From an uncultured Nitrospiraceae bacterium (GTDB taxonomy: Bacteria; Nitrospirota; Thermodesulfovibrionia; Thermodesulfovibrionales; Dissulfurispiraceae), in the NCBI GenBank assembly GCA_963727805.1, contig CAVSHF010000005.1, positions 128,001 to 192,000 of the forward strand: a stretch of DNA of 64,000 nt. Direction: 5' to 3'. Below, piece by piece: positions 1 to 10,265 of this stretch (the stretch's first letter is position 1; each line of letters starts with the position of its first letter). The translations under genes were made by a program, and so were the position numbers. The notes below the pieces were generated by a model that was not told the origin of the DNA, did not search any database, and worked only from the letters and a program-made list of their open reading frames with translations.

Positions 1-2
1 CG

Positions 3-1484
3 CTGCGGGCGAACGATGAACAGTTTCGTGCTCTAGCTGATTCCATCCCGAACCTTGCGTGGTGGGCAAACGGTGATGGCTACATCACATGGTACAACCG
101 GCGTTGGTATGAGTACACTGGCACTACGCCGGAGCAGATGGAAGGCTGGGGGTGGCAGCGCGTACATGACCCCGAAGTGTTGCCCGCAGTCATGGAGCGA
201 TGGAAGGAGTCGATTGCCACCGGTGAACCGTTTGATATGGAATTTCCGCTGCTTGGAGCTGATGGGCTATTCCGCCCCTTTCTCACGCGTGTCTTGCCAT
301 TGAAGAATTCGGCAGGCCAGGTGCTCCGGTGGTTCGGCACTAATACTGACATATACGAGCTTAAGAAGGCAGAAGAGGCGCTAAGAAGGAGTGAAGAGCG
401 ACTAAAACTGGCTCTGGATGCAGCGGAATTGGCAACCTGGGACTGGCACGTGCCGAGCGGCGAGGTCATCTGGAACGAGCTACATTACAGAATGTTAGGC
501 TATCAACCAGGAGAGGTAAAGCCAAGCTACCAAGCGTGGAGCAGCCGAGTTTATCATGAGGACCTCGCTGCCACAGAGGAAGAGATCCGCAGATGCATGG
601 ACGAAGGTTGCGATTATATGACTGAGTTTCGAGTGCAGGCTCCTAATGGGACTGTGCGGTGGATTGAGGCGCGTGGCAGATTCGAACAGGACTCGTCCGG
701 AAGAGCCGTTCGTTCATATGGCGCTATGATGGACATCACAGAGCGCAAACTGATCCAGGAAGAAATCAAGAGACTGAATGATGACCTGCTTGCAAGGAAC
801 GAACAGTTAGAGTTCGCTAACAAAGAACTCGAGTCGTTCGTGTACTCCATAGCTCATGATCTGCGCGGGTCGCTTCGACACATATCCGGGTTTACTGACA
901 TCCTGATGAAGAACATTGCAGAGAAGCTGGACGAGAAAGACAAACGATATTTTTTCAAAATCCGTAATGCTACCGAAAAGATGAGTCGTCTTATCGACGA
1001 TCTTCTAACCCTTTCCACGATCTCACGACAGGAGCTTCAGCGAACAGAGGTTAATGTGAGCGAAATAGCAGCATCTCTCGTTGCTGGACTACGCGAAGCG
1101 CATCCAGGCAGGAGCGTCGAGGTTGCCATTAAGGGAGGCCTAAACACCTTTGCCGACCGTCGATTGATAGAGGTCGTCCTCGCGAACCTGCTAGGGAATG
1201 CCTGGAAATTCACCATGATGACCGCGCATGCCCGCATAGAATTGGGAACTGTCGAGCGGGATGATAAAATCGTTTATTATGTTAAAGATAATGGTGCAGG
1301 ATTCGACCAGAAATATGCTGGAAAGATGTTTTGGCCTTTCCACCGACTCCATTCGGAGGAAGCGTTTCAGGGTACAGGGATAGGCCTTGCTATTGTCGAG
1401 CGAATCATCCGCAGTCATAGAGGAAAAGTTTGGGCAGAGGGTGCAGAGGGAAAAGGTGCTACGATCTATTTCAGTTTAGCCTGA
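3..1484 (+). CDS. Multi-PAS sensor histidine kinase, 5'-partial
   Basis: The frame is open from base 3 (LRANDEQFRALADSIPNLAW...). It has two PAS/PAC repeats, H-box ESFVYSIAHDLR, N-box NLLGNAWKF, G1 DNGAGF and G2 GTGIGLA. Confidence 0.93.
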   Translation: MRANDEQFRALADSIPNLAWWANGDGYITWYNRRWYEYTGTTPEQMEGWGWQRVHDPEVLPAVMERWKESIATGEPFDMEFPLLGADGLFRPFLTRVLPLKNSAGQVLRWFGTNTDIYELKKAEEALRRSEERLKLALDAAELATWDWHVPSGEVIWNELHYRMLGYQPGEVKPSYQAWSSRVYHEDLAATEEEIRRCMDEGCDYMTEFRVQAPNGTVRWIEARGRFEQDSSGRAVRSYGAMMDITERKLIQEEIKRLNDDLLARNEQLEFANKELESFVYSIAHDLRGSLRHISGFTDILMKNIAEKLDEKDKRYFFKIRNATEKMSRLIDDLLTLSTISRQELQRTEVNVSEIAASLVAGLREAHPGRSVEVAIKGGLNTFADRRLIEVVLANLLGNAWKFTMMTAHARIELGTVERDDKIVYYVKDNGAGFDQKYAGKMFWPFHRLHSEEAFQGTGIGLAIVERIIRSHRGKVWAEGAEGKGATIYFSLA

Positions 1485-1569
1485 ATATGGCGATAATTAA
1501 ATAAGTACATGGGATAGTGTATTTCTGGCTATTCCGATATTGTTACGCAATTCGGGGATAAAGAAGACA

Positions 1570-1953
1570 ATGATATATATTGTTGACGATAGTCCGACTG
1601 ACATAGAGCTTACGACAATTGCGCTAGAGGCGACTGGACGAGAAATAGTTGTCCGCTCTGCAACTGACGGCAAGTCCGCGCTTGCAATGCTCAGAAATGG
1701 ACTTGGGGTGCCAGCCCTAATATTGCTCGATCTGAAGATGCCTGGCATGAGCGGCATCGAAGTGCTCCATGAAATACGTGCCGACGATCGTCTTAGAGGT
1801 CTCCCCGTTGTGGTAGTCACGTCTTCAGCACTGGACTCAGACAAGATGGAAGCAATTGCTGCCGGAGCCAGCGACTATATTCAGAAGCCTTTGGCGTTAG
1901 CCCAGTTCAGCAAAGATTTGGATTCTATTCTGCGTCGCTTGTTACCGAATTAG
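1570..1953 (+). CDS. Single-domain response regulator, probable partner of the upstream kinase
   Basis: Receiver motifs IVDD, LLDLKMPGMSG, VTSS and QKP. ATG 1570 is preferred over TTG 1540. Confidence 0.9.
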   Translation: MIYIVDDSPTDIELTTIALEATGREIVVRSATDGKSALAMLRNGLGVPALILLDLKMPGMSGIEVLHEIRADDRLRGLPVVVVTSSALDSDKMEAIAAGASDYIQKPLALAQFSKDLDSILRRLLPN

Positions 1954-2320
1954 TTTTTGGTGCCCTCCTTCAAATTCCTTCACCGATGATTTTCGCTGGA
2001 AATATTCTACGCGATCAAGCGTATCAATTTTAGAGATTTCTCTGAGAAGAGCGTGCATATCGAAATTTCTAGATGCATGATTATTAATTAATCTTCCCCC
2101 CGCATTCAACGACAGAATGTGTGAATAATTTTGGTACCTGACTATGCCAGATGCACATGGCAGTCCATAAGGGCCGGAATGATAGTGCAGTCTGACTAAT
2201 CATAAAAGTTATTTAATGAAGGTGCTTAATCTCAAATTTCTTTTATCCTGCCGTTCGCTATATAGATAAACAGGTTTCTCTTTGCTTTATCTCCTGTCCC
2301 GCCTGTCAGCCATCCGCATT

Positions 2321-3419
2321 TACTAAGTAGTGCATAAGTAAGGCCTCATTATGGTATACTAGTATGCATGAATACCACTGATGGCAGGAAACTCAGACAT
2401 GAGGTTTTAGAGGCGATTCGAATTAGGGCAGTCAAACAGGTTGAGGCAGGGGAGAGCCCTGAGGTGGTAATTAGGGCCTTGGGGATGAACCGACGCTGCA
2501 TCTACAAATGGATAGCGAAATATCGAGAAGGTGGCGTAGAGGCGCTGAGGGCGAGGGTTCTTTCGGGGAGACCGTTAAGGCTAACGGGAAGTCAACTGCG
2601 CTGGATATTCAGGACTGTTACGACAAAGAACCCTCTGCAATTGCAGTTTCCTTATGCCTTGTGGACGCGGGAAATGGTCAAAGAGTTGATTAAGAGAAAA
2701 TACAGGATCAAGCTAAGTATCACCTCTGTCGGGAGACTCTTGAAGAAACTGGGGTTAAGCTGTCAGAAGCCTTTGATGAGGGCTTTTCAGCAAGACGGGG
2801 TTCTTGTGCAACAATGGGTTGAGCAGGATTATCCGAAGATCAGGGCAAAGGCAAAGAAGATTAAGGCAGAAATATATTTCGGAGACGAGGCAGGGATGCG
2901 GTCTGATTACCACCGTGGCACAACGTGGGGATTACGCGGAGATACCCCGATCATTGCAACGACAGGAGCCCGTTTTTCAATGAATATGCTGTCCGCCATT
3001 ACAGCGAAAGGCAAAATACGGTTCATGACTCATACGGGAAAGATAAACGCAACGGTATTCTGTGAGTTTCTCAAGCGTCTGATGCACAATGTTGATAATA
3101 GCGTATTTCTGATTCTAGACAGTCATCCGGTGCACAGATCATCAATGGTTAAGAAGTTTGTGGAGACACTAAAGGGAAAATTGCAGCTGTTCTTTTTGCC
3201 ACCGTACTCACCGGAACTCAACCCTGATGAGCTAGTATGGAATAGTGTTAAGCGGAGAGTGAGTCGTTCTTCGGTGAAAGGCCCAGATGATCTTGGGATG
3301 AAAGTGCGCGGCCACCTCCGGCTTCTGCAACGGAATCCAGAGAAAGTCTGTGCATTCTTTAAGGAGCCGAATGTTCGATATGCAGCTTAAACGGGGCTTT
3401 ACTTATGGCCTCCTTAGTA
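2321..3419 (+). mobile_element. IS630-family insertion sequence, apparently intact
   Basis: Terminal inverted repeats match 21/25: TACTAAGTAGTGCATAAGTAAGGCC (2321-2345) vs the reverse complement of 3395-3419, TACTAAGGAGGCCATAAGTAAAGCC. TA occurs at both ends (2321-22, 3418-19), consistent with IS630 TA target duplication. Confidence 0.9.
2368..3390 (+). CDS. IS630-family DDE transposase
   Basis: N-terminal HTH and winged-helix region; catalytic motifs FGDEAG, LILDSHPVH and LPPYSPELNPDE. Confidence 0.95.
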   Translation: MNTTDGRKLRHEVLEAIRIRAVKQVEAGESPEVVIRALGMNRRCIYKWIAKYREGGVEALRARVLSGRPLRLTGSQLRWIFRTVTTKNPLQLQFPYALWTREMVKELIKRKYRIKLSITSVGRLLKKLGLSCQKPLMRAFQQDGVLVQQWVEQDYPKIRAKAKKIKAEIYFGDEAGMRSDYHRGTTWGLRGDTPIIATTGARFSMNMLSAITAKGKIRFMTHTGKINATVFCEFLKRLMHNVDNSVFLILDSHPVHRSSMVKKFVETLKGKLQLFFLPPYSPELNPDELVWNSVKRRVSRSSVKGPDDLGMKVRGHLRLLQRNPEKVCAFFKEPNVRYAA

Positions 3420-3425
3420 AGTATG

Positions 3426-4700
3426 TCAGTCATTATCTAAAATTCCCTTAAGTTCTCTTCTTAATATCTCCAGCGACATCATTGCAAACCAGCGTTTAAT
3501 TCTCATTCTGGTTTCCTGAGATGATCCAAGCTGACGGTTTGCTGTTTTTCTGCGTTTTGTAATTGTTTTTTCCGGGGTTGCAAGCCCAATGCATACTGTA
3601 CCAACAGGTTTTTCGTCTGTGCCGCCATCAGGGCCTGCAATGCCGCTTGTTGCCAGTGCATAATCTGCTCCGGAAATTCTGCGTGCTCCTTCTGCCATTT
3701 CGCGTACAGTTTCTTCGCTTACAGCTCCGAATTTTTCTAGCGTTTCCTGCCTTACTCCAAGCACCTTCATCTTTGCATTATTGGAATAGGTTACCCCTGA
3801 GAACAGGAAATATTCCGAGCTGCCCGGAACATTTGTTATTAAATCAGATATCAGACCGCCTGTGCAGCTTTCCGCAAGAGCAAGAGTAGCATTTCTGGAT
3901 AATAGTATGTCACCTATGACTTTTTCGATTGGAAGACCGTCCATCGAAAAAACATATTTCCCTAACTGTTCCTTTATCCATGCAGATGCTTCTGAAAGTA
4001 CTGAGTCCAGTTCATTGCTGTTGCTGCCCTGTGCATACAGCTTTACCTGTACTTCGGGAAATGTTGCGCGCAGTCCGAGTTTAACATTAAACTTATCAGT
4101 CACGGCTGCTGTTTTCTCTCCGACTGTTGACTCTCCAAGTCCAAACGTGCTAATAGTTTTTACTGTAATTATCTGCTTATTATCCTGCAGTTTGGCAATA
4201 TCCGGAAGGACATAATCTTCCAGCATTCTTTTCATTTCAAAAGGAACACCGGGAACAAAATAGAATCTGCATTTTCCAATTTTCATGCTGAAGCCAGGAG
4301 CCGTGCCTGAGGAATTTTTTAATATACTGGCTCCAACAGGAAACATTGCCTGCTTCCTGTTGGATGAGCTCATCTCCCAGCCGGCTTTTTCAAAAATTGC
4401 TTTAATATCCTCCAGGGCTGATTCATTTAATTCAAGTTTTACTCGGGCTGTTTCTGCCGCAGCCTCAGCTGTTATATCATCAGTAGTGGGGCCGAGTCCG
4501 CCTGTAACGACCGCAATATCAGCGCGGGAACCGATCTCTCTAAGAGTATCAGTCAGTATTGTCATTTCATCGCCAACGCATTGATGACGCAGCACTTCAA
4601 TACCTGCTTCCTCAAGTTTTTGTGAAATATATGCTGAGTTGGTATCAACCAGCGTTCCTGATCTGATCTCGTCGCCTGTTGCTAATATTTCGGCAAACAT
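3426..4700 (-). CDS. cinA: CinA-like protein (MocF domain + PncC NMN deamidase domain)
   Basis: Motifs GDEIRSGTLVDTN, TGGLGPTTDDIT, AESCTGGLI and SGIAGPDGG; AGGAG RBS upstream. Confidence 0.93.
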   Translation of the reverse strand: MFAEILATGDEIRSGTLVDTNSAYISQKLEEAGIEVLRHQCVGDEMTILTDTLREIGSRADIAVVTGGLGPTTDDITAEAAAETARVKLELNESALEDIKAIFEKAGWEMSSSNRKQAMFPVGASILKNSSGTAPGFSMKIGKCRFYFVPGVPFEMKRMLEDYVLPDIAKLQDNKQIITVKTISTFGLGESTVGEKTAAVTDKFNVKLGLRATFPEVQVKLYAQGSNSNELDSVLSEASAWIKEQLGKYVFSMDGLPIEKVIGDILLSRNATLALAESCTGGLISDLITNVPGSSEYFLFSGVTYSNNAKMKVLGVRQETLEKFGAVSEETVREMAEGARRISGADYALATSGIAGPDGGTDEKPVGTVCIGLATPEKTITKRRKTANRQLGSSQETRMRIKRWFAMMSLEILRRELKGILDND

Positions 4701-4899
4701 GATGTTCTCCTGATGAGTATATATTTAGTTTTTTAATGTTATTTTATATCCTTTACGTGGGGCATCAAGGACATACCACTGGATGTTGCTACTTAAAAGT
4801 CATCGCCACAGAGATACGGCATATCATACAAGTTTTCTTCCAGAAATCGAGACCAGCGCCCATCGATGGAGAATATCGCTATCGAGTTAAGAGGGAAGT

Positions 4900-4961
4900 G
4901 CTTACAGTTCCGCATTACCGGTGCGCCGCTCTTGTGCGCGTCAGTGATGCGGGGGGTAGGC
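4900..4961 (+). other. Degenerate attC-like imperfect palindrome
   Basis: 62 bp GCTTACA..CCGCAT-TACCGGTGCGC..GCGCGTCAGTG-ATGCGG..GGTAGGC. The ends resemble RYYYAAC/GTTRRRY with mismatches. Confidence 0.35.
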
Positions 4962-5208
4962 GGTTCACAGTTCCAGTCGGTTCTGCGACGTCCACACCGG
5001 GCTTGTCCGATCATCTCTCAGGTGATATTAAAACAAAGAGGGCGAACAATTAATCAAGGCTTTTCTGCTTATTTATTCCACGCAGCGTTTCAACGCTACT
5101 CTCAAAACATTGAGTTGCCCATAAATGAGTCAAGACAATGAGGCATCCGTTCCTTGGACAGGATCCTGCCAGGCAACTCATAAGGCGCAGCAAGAACTGG
5201 AGATCATA

Positions 5209-5706
5209 TCAGCCTCTTGACACCATTAGTTCCAGGTCCTCGAGGAGTGACTGTAGATCCTCTTCATGCTCGATCTCCTGACTGAGTATCGTCAACGCCA
5301 TATTGTAGGTGATGATATCGGTATCTTTCGTCTTTTTGAGCAGATCGTTGTAATAGCTAATTGCACAGCGCTCACCTTTTATGTTCTGACTGAGAATAAC
5401 TTTGACGTATTCATCATCAGGCGGTTCATACCCGCACCCCGTCACCTCGTACCACTTCTTCGGCTCGGTAATCGGCTTGCCGCCCAGTTGGATAATGCGC
5501 ATCGCAACCATATCCGCGTGCAGGAGCTCCTCGGTCGCATGCTGAAGAAGTTCTGCTGCCACAGCATCCTTCATAGGGCCTCGGACAACTTTGGCGCCAA
5601 GCCAGTACTGGTAATAGGCAAACCACTCATCCGCAAATGCCTTTTTAAGCAACCCGAGCAACTCCTGTACGTCCATACCGACAATTTCAGTTCCTCGTTT
5701 TCCCAT
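5209..5706 (-). CDS. Ferritin-like protein of the DPS-like (DPSL)/bacterioferritin-related type
   Basis: Di-iron ligands in ADEWFAYYQYW, HATEELLHAD, GERCAI and EIEHEEDL. Start is taken at ATG 5706 (MGKRG). Confidence 0.88.
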   Translation of the reverse strand: MGKRGTEIVGMDVQELLGLLKKAFADEWFAYYQYWLGAKVVRGPMKDAVAAELLQHATEELLHADMVAMRIIQLGGKPITEPKKWYEVTGCGYEPPDDEYVKVILSQNIKGERCAISYYNDLLKKTKDTDIITYNMALTILSQEIEHEEDLQSLLEDLELMVSRG

Positions 5707-5758
5707 AGTTGAAACATCCTTTCTAACTATTGTTAAAGACTGCAAAAGCAGTATTAAT

Positions 5759-5795
5759 TTAGAAAGATTATAGTAATGAATAAGGCGCTTGTCAA
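5759..5795 (-). promoter_or_regulatory. Consensus sigma70 promoter of the DPSL gene with an overlapping PerR/Fur-like box
   Basis: Minus strand TTGACA (5795-5790), 17 bp, TATAAT (5772-5767). TTAGAAAGATTATAG (5759-5773) matches the Per box TTATAATnATTATAA at 11/14. Confidence 0.7.
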
Positions 5796-5825
5796 GAATT
5801 AGCAGCCAACAGAATTAGCAGCCAA
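5795..5825. repeat. Two-copy tandem repeat, 16-bp period
   Basis: AGAATTAGCAGCCAA at 5795-5809 and 5811-5825. Confidence 0.9.
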
Positions 5826-5853
5826 AATAACGGCATGCTCACTACATTTTCGT

Positions 5854-6558
5854 CTATTTCACTGCCTTCTTTAATGCGGCCCTGAGCTCGTTAGATCCGT
5901 CATTACTTACTTCATTTCTAATAAGGATATCGACCGGTGTCACCTGTTTGCCATAATAAGCACCATTAAGGCTATCCCTCACATTTACAATCGATCCTTC
6001 GAGATTGATACCAGCATAAAGACCCTTTGATTTTGCAAAAGAGACGAAATCAGCGATTATATTTTGTTTAGCACCGAAGCCGACCGGGCCGAGAGCAACC
6101 GAGGTATCTCCTCCAAACTTAAAAGACGATGTCAACAGCGAATCGACGGCTTTCTGGCTCATTACCATCACAATTATCTGTGACGCCTCACCCCCGATCT
6201 GAAGGCCAACGGTCGCCGAGCCGATAGAATAAAACGCGGGTTGACTCCAATCGCCGGTTTTCTCATCTCTCACAACGAGAACGCCGGTCCCGCCTGAGCC
6301 ACCAAAAATAAAGCCCCCCTTGATCACCTGCGGATACATAAGTAAGCCTTTTGTTCCCTTCAGATTTTCGTGAAACCATGCAAATTGCGTATCGCCCATA
6401 AATTCGTTAAACGTGATCCGCGCCCTATCTACAAGCATCTCGGCATCGGCCATATCCGTCGCGCCGGCAGGCATTACCATTGCCATACATAACACGACAG
6501 AGATGAGAGTTGCTATGGCTGCCTTTACAATGCGGGATATACTGTCACTTATTCTCAT
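5854..6558 (-). CDS. Secreted lipid-binding SYLF (Ysc84) domain protein
   Basis: Signal peptide; motifs KGGFIFGGSGGTGVL, WSQPAF, GLQIGG and SKGLYAGINLEGS; GGAGG RBS before ATG 6558. Confidence 0.88.
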   Translation of the reverse strand: MRISDSISRIVKAAIATLISVVLCMAMVMPAGATDMADAEMLVDRARITFNEFMGDTQFAWFHENLKGTKGLLMYPQVIKGGFIFGGSGGTGVLVVRDEKTGDWSQPAFYSIGSATVGLQIGGEASQIIVMVMSQKAVDSLLTSSFKFGGDTSVALGPVGFGAKQNIIADFVSFAKSKGLYAGINLEGSIVNVRDSLNGAYYGKQVTPVDILIRNEVSNDGSNELRAALKKAVK

Positions 6559-6722
6559 TTCAGTTCCTCCTTGATAACAAAATCTTTTCCATGCCCGCAA
6601 AAATCTTCATCTGGCGACTGCAACACAGAATACTTCTTCTTCCACTATATCAATTTCACGACAGATGTCTATCTAATGTTGAGATGGGGCTTGCCTCTGA
6701 TATGTTTCGGGTCTTTAGTGCC

Positions 6723-7598
6723 TTAGGCGATGATTTCCGTGCCAATGCCTTCGTTCGTGAATATTTCTAAAAGGAGACTGTGCGGGACCCTGCCGTCCAC
6801 AATATGCGTCTTCCTGACACCGCTCTCAATAGCACGCATACAGGCCTGGACCTTGGGAAGCATCCCCCCCCCGATTATGCCCTCATTGATGAGTTCTAGG
6901 ATTTCGAGTTTGTTGAGCGTTGACATCACGTTGCCATCTTCATCCTTTATACCCGGCACATCGGTGATGAGCAGGAGCTTTTCGGCCTTGAGTGAGGCAG
7001 CAATAGCAGAGGCGACATAGTCGGCATTTATGTTAAGCGCCTCGCCGGTGCGCCGTACGCCGATGGGCGAAATAACCGGTATGAAGCCATCCCTCTCAAG
7101 CGTATTCAATATTGCAGGATTTATTTCCTGCACCTCACCGACAAGCCCGATATCAATCACCTCTTGGTCCACGTTCGAGGATTTCTTCAGCAGTTTCTTT
7201 TTTGCCTTGATAAGTCCGCCGTCCTTGCCGCTCAATCCGACAGCCTTGCCGCCATGGCTGTTGATGAGGGACACGATTTCTTTATTGATAAGTCCGCCAA
7301 GGACCATCTCGACGATATCCATCGTTTCTTTGTCGGTGACCCTCTGACCCTGAACAAAGGCAGGCTCCTTGCCCATTTTTTTCATCGTCTCGCTGATCTT
7401 TGGTCCGCCGCCGTGGACGATGACTGTCCTAATGCCGATGAAGTTAAACAGAACCACATCCTGGGCAAAACACTTTTTCAGTCCGTCATCGACTTGCGCA
7501 GCACCTCCATATTTGATGACAAAGGTCTTGCCGAAAAAGTTGCGGATGTACGGCAACGATTCGATGAGTATGCTCGCCTTTTCGAGTAATTTTTTCAT
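6723..7598 (-). CDS. argB: Acetylglutamate kinase
   Basis: Motifs VIKYGGAA, VHGGGPKIS, NINAD and GGMLPKV. Confidence 0.96.
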   Translation of the reverse strand: MKKLLEKASILIESLPYIRNFFGKTFVIKYGGAAQVDDGLKKCFAQDVVLFNFIGIRTVIVHGGGPKISETMKKMGKEPAFVQGQRVTDKETMDIVEMVLGGLINKEIVSLINSHGGKAVGLSGKDGGLIKAKKKLLKKSSNVDQEVIDIGLVGEVQEINPAILNTLERDGFIPVISPIGVRRTGEALNINADYVASAIAASLKAEKLLLITDVPGIKDEDGNVMSTLNKLEILELINEGIIGGGMLPKVQACMRAIESGVRKTHIVDGRVPHSLLLEIFTNEGIGTEIIA

Positions 7599-7617
7599 CC
7601 CCTCTCCCCGACAGCCA

Positions 7618-8430
7618 TTATATCTGCTGCTCGTATTTAGTGATAAGGACGCTATACCCTTCATGCGCAAGCGTATTGGCTAGCTCGAGAGCATCTCCGC
7701 TGTCTTTAAATTTCCCTATTCTCACGCGGTGATACTTGTCCTTGCCGATGTTTGCCTGCATGATATAGATATCTTTATAATGCAGTTCGAGTCCCCTTTT
7801 GAGCCTTTTTGCATTTGACTCTTCCCTGAACGAGGCAATCTGGATTGTAACCATTGATCCCATCACATTGCTATATTTAACCTCCTTCACATACCTCGTG
7901 TACCTACCAAGGGGTTCGACGTCAACCAGTGCAACGCCTGGCCCGATAAGACCTATCCTCTTGGCCGCGGCATAGGAGAGGTCTATGTCCCGTCCACTGA
8001 CAAAAGGTCCGCGGTCATTAACGATACACTCGACCTGCTGGCTGTTGGAGGGATTGGTAACCTTTACCTTCGTGCCAAGAGGATAATCCCTGTGCGCGCA
8101 CGTCAGAGCGAACATATTGAAGTTTTCACCTGAAGCCGTGGGCTTCCCATGGAATTCCCGTCCATACCAAGAAGCAGTGCATGACTTCTTATCGCCCCTG
8201 ATCTCCTCATACTCCGATAGGCGTTCGGCCTGGCTGATTTCAGGTGGACCGACCTTGGTTGACGGCAGAGAAGAAGAAGCAACGCCTGGCGTTGAAGGCT
8301 TCGTTGTGGCGCATGCGGAAAGCAAAAACAAAGTCAGGACGCAGGCAAAAAAACCGCATCCACTTTTTCTGTAATATAATACTCCTGATTCGAGGTATCC
8401 TTTACAGTATATATCTACTGAGATCTTCAT
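7618..8430 (-). CDS. rlpA: Septal ring lytic transglycosylase RlpA-family lipoprotein with SPOR domain
   Basis: Lipobox LSAC; motifs [15 protein letters not shown] and VNDRGPF..GRDIDLS; C-terminal SPOR. The start is uncertain because it overlaps the end of hslU. Confidence 0.9.
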   Translation of the reverse strand: MKISVDIYCKGYLESGVLYYRKSGCGFFACVLTLFLLSACATTKPSTPGVASSSLPSTKVGPPEISQAERLSEYEEIRGDKKSCTASWYGREFHGKPTASGENFNMFALTCAHRDYPLGTKVKVTNPSNSQQVECIVNDRGPFVSGRDIDLSYAAAKRIGLIGPGVALVDVEPLGRYTRYVKEVKYSNVMGSMVTIQIASFREESNAKRLKRGLELHYKDIYIMQANIGKDKYHRVRIGKFKDSGDALELANTLAHEGYSVLITKYEQQI

Positions 8431-9739
8431 CTTTCACCACATCTGCCAGCTTTTGTTTAACATAGGCCCTGTTGATAATAATAGTCTGGTCTCTCATCTC
8501 CGGCGCATTGAAGGAGACATCCTCGAGCAGCTTTTCGAGCACGGTATGAAGCCTTCTTGCCCCAATGTTCTCGGTCTTTTCGTTGACCGTTGCAGCGATA
8601 CCAGCCAGTTCATCGACTGAGTCCTCTTCAAAAATCAGTCTTACCCCTTCAGTTTCGAGGAGGGCGACATACTGCTTGATGAGGGCGTTATGCGGCTCCG
8701 TAAGGATCCTCACAAAATCGCTCTTCCCAAGAGATTCGAGTTCGACCCTGATCGGAAACCTTCCCTGAAGCTCTGGAATAAGATCCGAAGGCTTTGAGAT
8801 ATGAAATGCACCCGCGGCGATGAAGAGTATGTGTTCAGTCTTGACCACTCCATGTTTTGTCGTGACGGTGGATCCCTCGACAATCGGCAGAAGGTCTCTC
8901 TGAACCCCCTCTCGTGAAACATCCGGGCCTTGGCCATGCCCCCTGCTGGCGATCTTGTCGATTTCATCGACAAAGACAATCCCCGATTGTTCAGTCCTTT
9001 CGATCGCTTCCTTCGTAACCTTCTCCACATCTATTAATTTGTTCGCCTCTTCCTGAGTAAGAAGAGCGAGGGCCTCGGGGACCTTGACTTTCTTTCGCTT
9101 GGACTTCTCGGGCAGAAAGCTCCCCATCATCTCTTTCAGATTGATTTCAAGCTCTTCAAGTGCGACGTTTGAGATTACACCGAAAGGCATCGACTTTTCC
9201 TTCACCTCGATATCGACGTATCGGGAATCGAGTTTGCCCTCCCTCAATTGCACCCTTAGTCTCTCCCGTGTGTCCTTGTAGCTTTCCTTATCTTCGGTCT
9301 CTTCGGCACTCCTTGCCGATTTCGTCATGGGCAAAAGGAGGTCAAGAACACGATCCTCAGCAAGAGTCTTCGCCTTCTCTCGGACCATTGCCATCTGCTC
9401 GTTCTTGACCATATTCATGGCAAGTTCGGTGAGGTCCCTAATGATGGATTCGACATCCCTTCCGACATAGCCGACTTCGGTGAATTTAGAAGCCTCCACT
9501 TTGATAAATGGAGCATTGTCAAGCTTCGCGAGCCGCCGTGCTATTTCGGTCTTGCCTATGCCGGTGCTTCCGATCATGATGATGTTCTTGGGCAGGACTT
9601 CATCTTTAAGGTCAGCAGAGAGCATCTGTCGCCGCCAGCGGTTCCGCATGGCGATGGCAACAGCCTTTTTGGCTCTCTCCTGCCCGATGATATACTTGTC
9701 CAGTTCTTCGACGATTCTTTTGGGAGTTAAGTTATCCAT
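8402..9739 (-). CDS. hslU: ATP-dependent protease ATPase subunit HslU
   Basis: Motifs [24 protein letters not shown] and ENIGARRL; C-terminal DLSRYIL. Confidence 0.97.
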   Translation of the reverse strand: MDNLTPKRIVEELDKYIIGQERAKKAVAIAMRNRWRRQMLSADLKDEVLPKNIIMIGSTGIGKTEIARRLAKLDNAPFIKVEASKFTEVGYVGRDVESIIRDLTELAMNMVKNEQMAMVREKAKTLAEDRVLDLLLPMTKSARSAEETEDKESYKDTRERLRVQLREGKLDSRYVDIEVKEKSMPFGVISNVALEELEINLKEMMGSFLPEKSKRKKVKVPEALALLTQEEANKLIDVEKVTKEAIERTEQSGIVFVDEIDKIASRGHGQGPDVSREGVQRDLLPIVEGSTVTTKHGVVKTEHILFIAAGAFHISKPSDLIPELQGRFPIRVELESLGKSDFVRILTEPHNALIKQYVALLETEGVRLIFEEDSVDELAGIAATVNEKTENIGARRLHTVLEKLLEDVSFNAPEMRDQTIIINRAYVKQKLADVVKDEDLSRYIL

Positions 9740-10265
9740 CAAGTTCCTCGAGCGTGATATTTTTATTGGTATAGATACATATGTCCGCAGCTATTTCCAT
9801 GGCCTTGCCGACAATGTCGGTGGCTTTGAGATCCGTACTTTCGATCAGCGCACGCGCTGCGGCCTGGGCGTAGGGACCGCCCGATCCGATGGCAGCAATG
9901 CCACTTTCGGGCTCAATCACATCGCCCGTGCCGGAGAGTATGAGGGTATGTTCTGCATCGGCAACGATGAGGAGCGCTTCGAGTCTTCTCAATATCTTGT
10001 CGGTCCGCCAATCCTTGGCAAGCTCCACCGCGGCCCTGGTAAGGTTTCCTTTATAAGCCTCGAGTTTTGTCTCAAACTTTTCGAAGAGCGTAAAGGCATC
10101 AGCAGTCGCGCCTGCAAAGCCTCCGAGGACTTTGTCATTATACATCCTCCTAATCTTCTTTGCGTTATGCTTTAATACCGTATTACCCAAGGTCACCTGA
10201 CCATCGCTGGCCATCGCTACCTTATTGTCGCGCCTCACACATAAAATCGTCGTACTGTGGAACAT
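9732..10265 (-). CDS. hslV: ATP-dependent protease peptidase subunit HslV
   Basis: N-terminal TTI threonine-protease motif; DGQVTLG and GSGGPYA. Confidence 0.97.
   Translation of the reverse strand: MFHSTTILCVRRDNKVAMASDGQVTLGNTVLKHNAKKIRRMYNDKVLGGFAGATADAFTLFEKFETKLEAYKGNLTRAAVELAKDWRTDKILRRLEALLIVADAEHTLILSGTGDVIEPESGIAAIGSGGPYAQAAARALIESTDLKATDIVGKAMEIAADICIYTNKNITLEELDG

Noticed and set aside
4736..5141. Three overlapping short ORFs upstream of cinA
   Set aside because: None has a convincing start signal or family motif.
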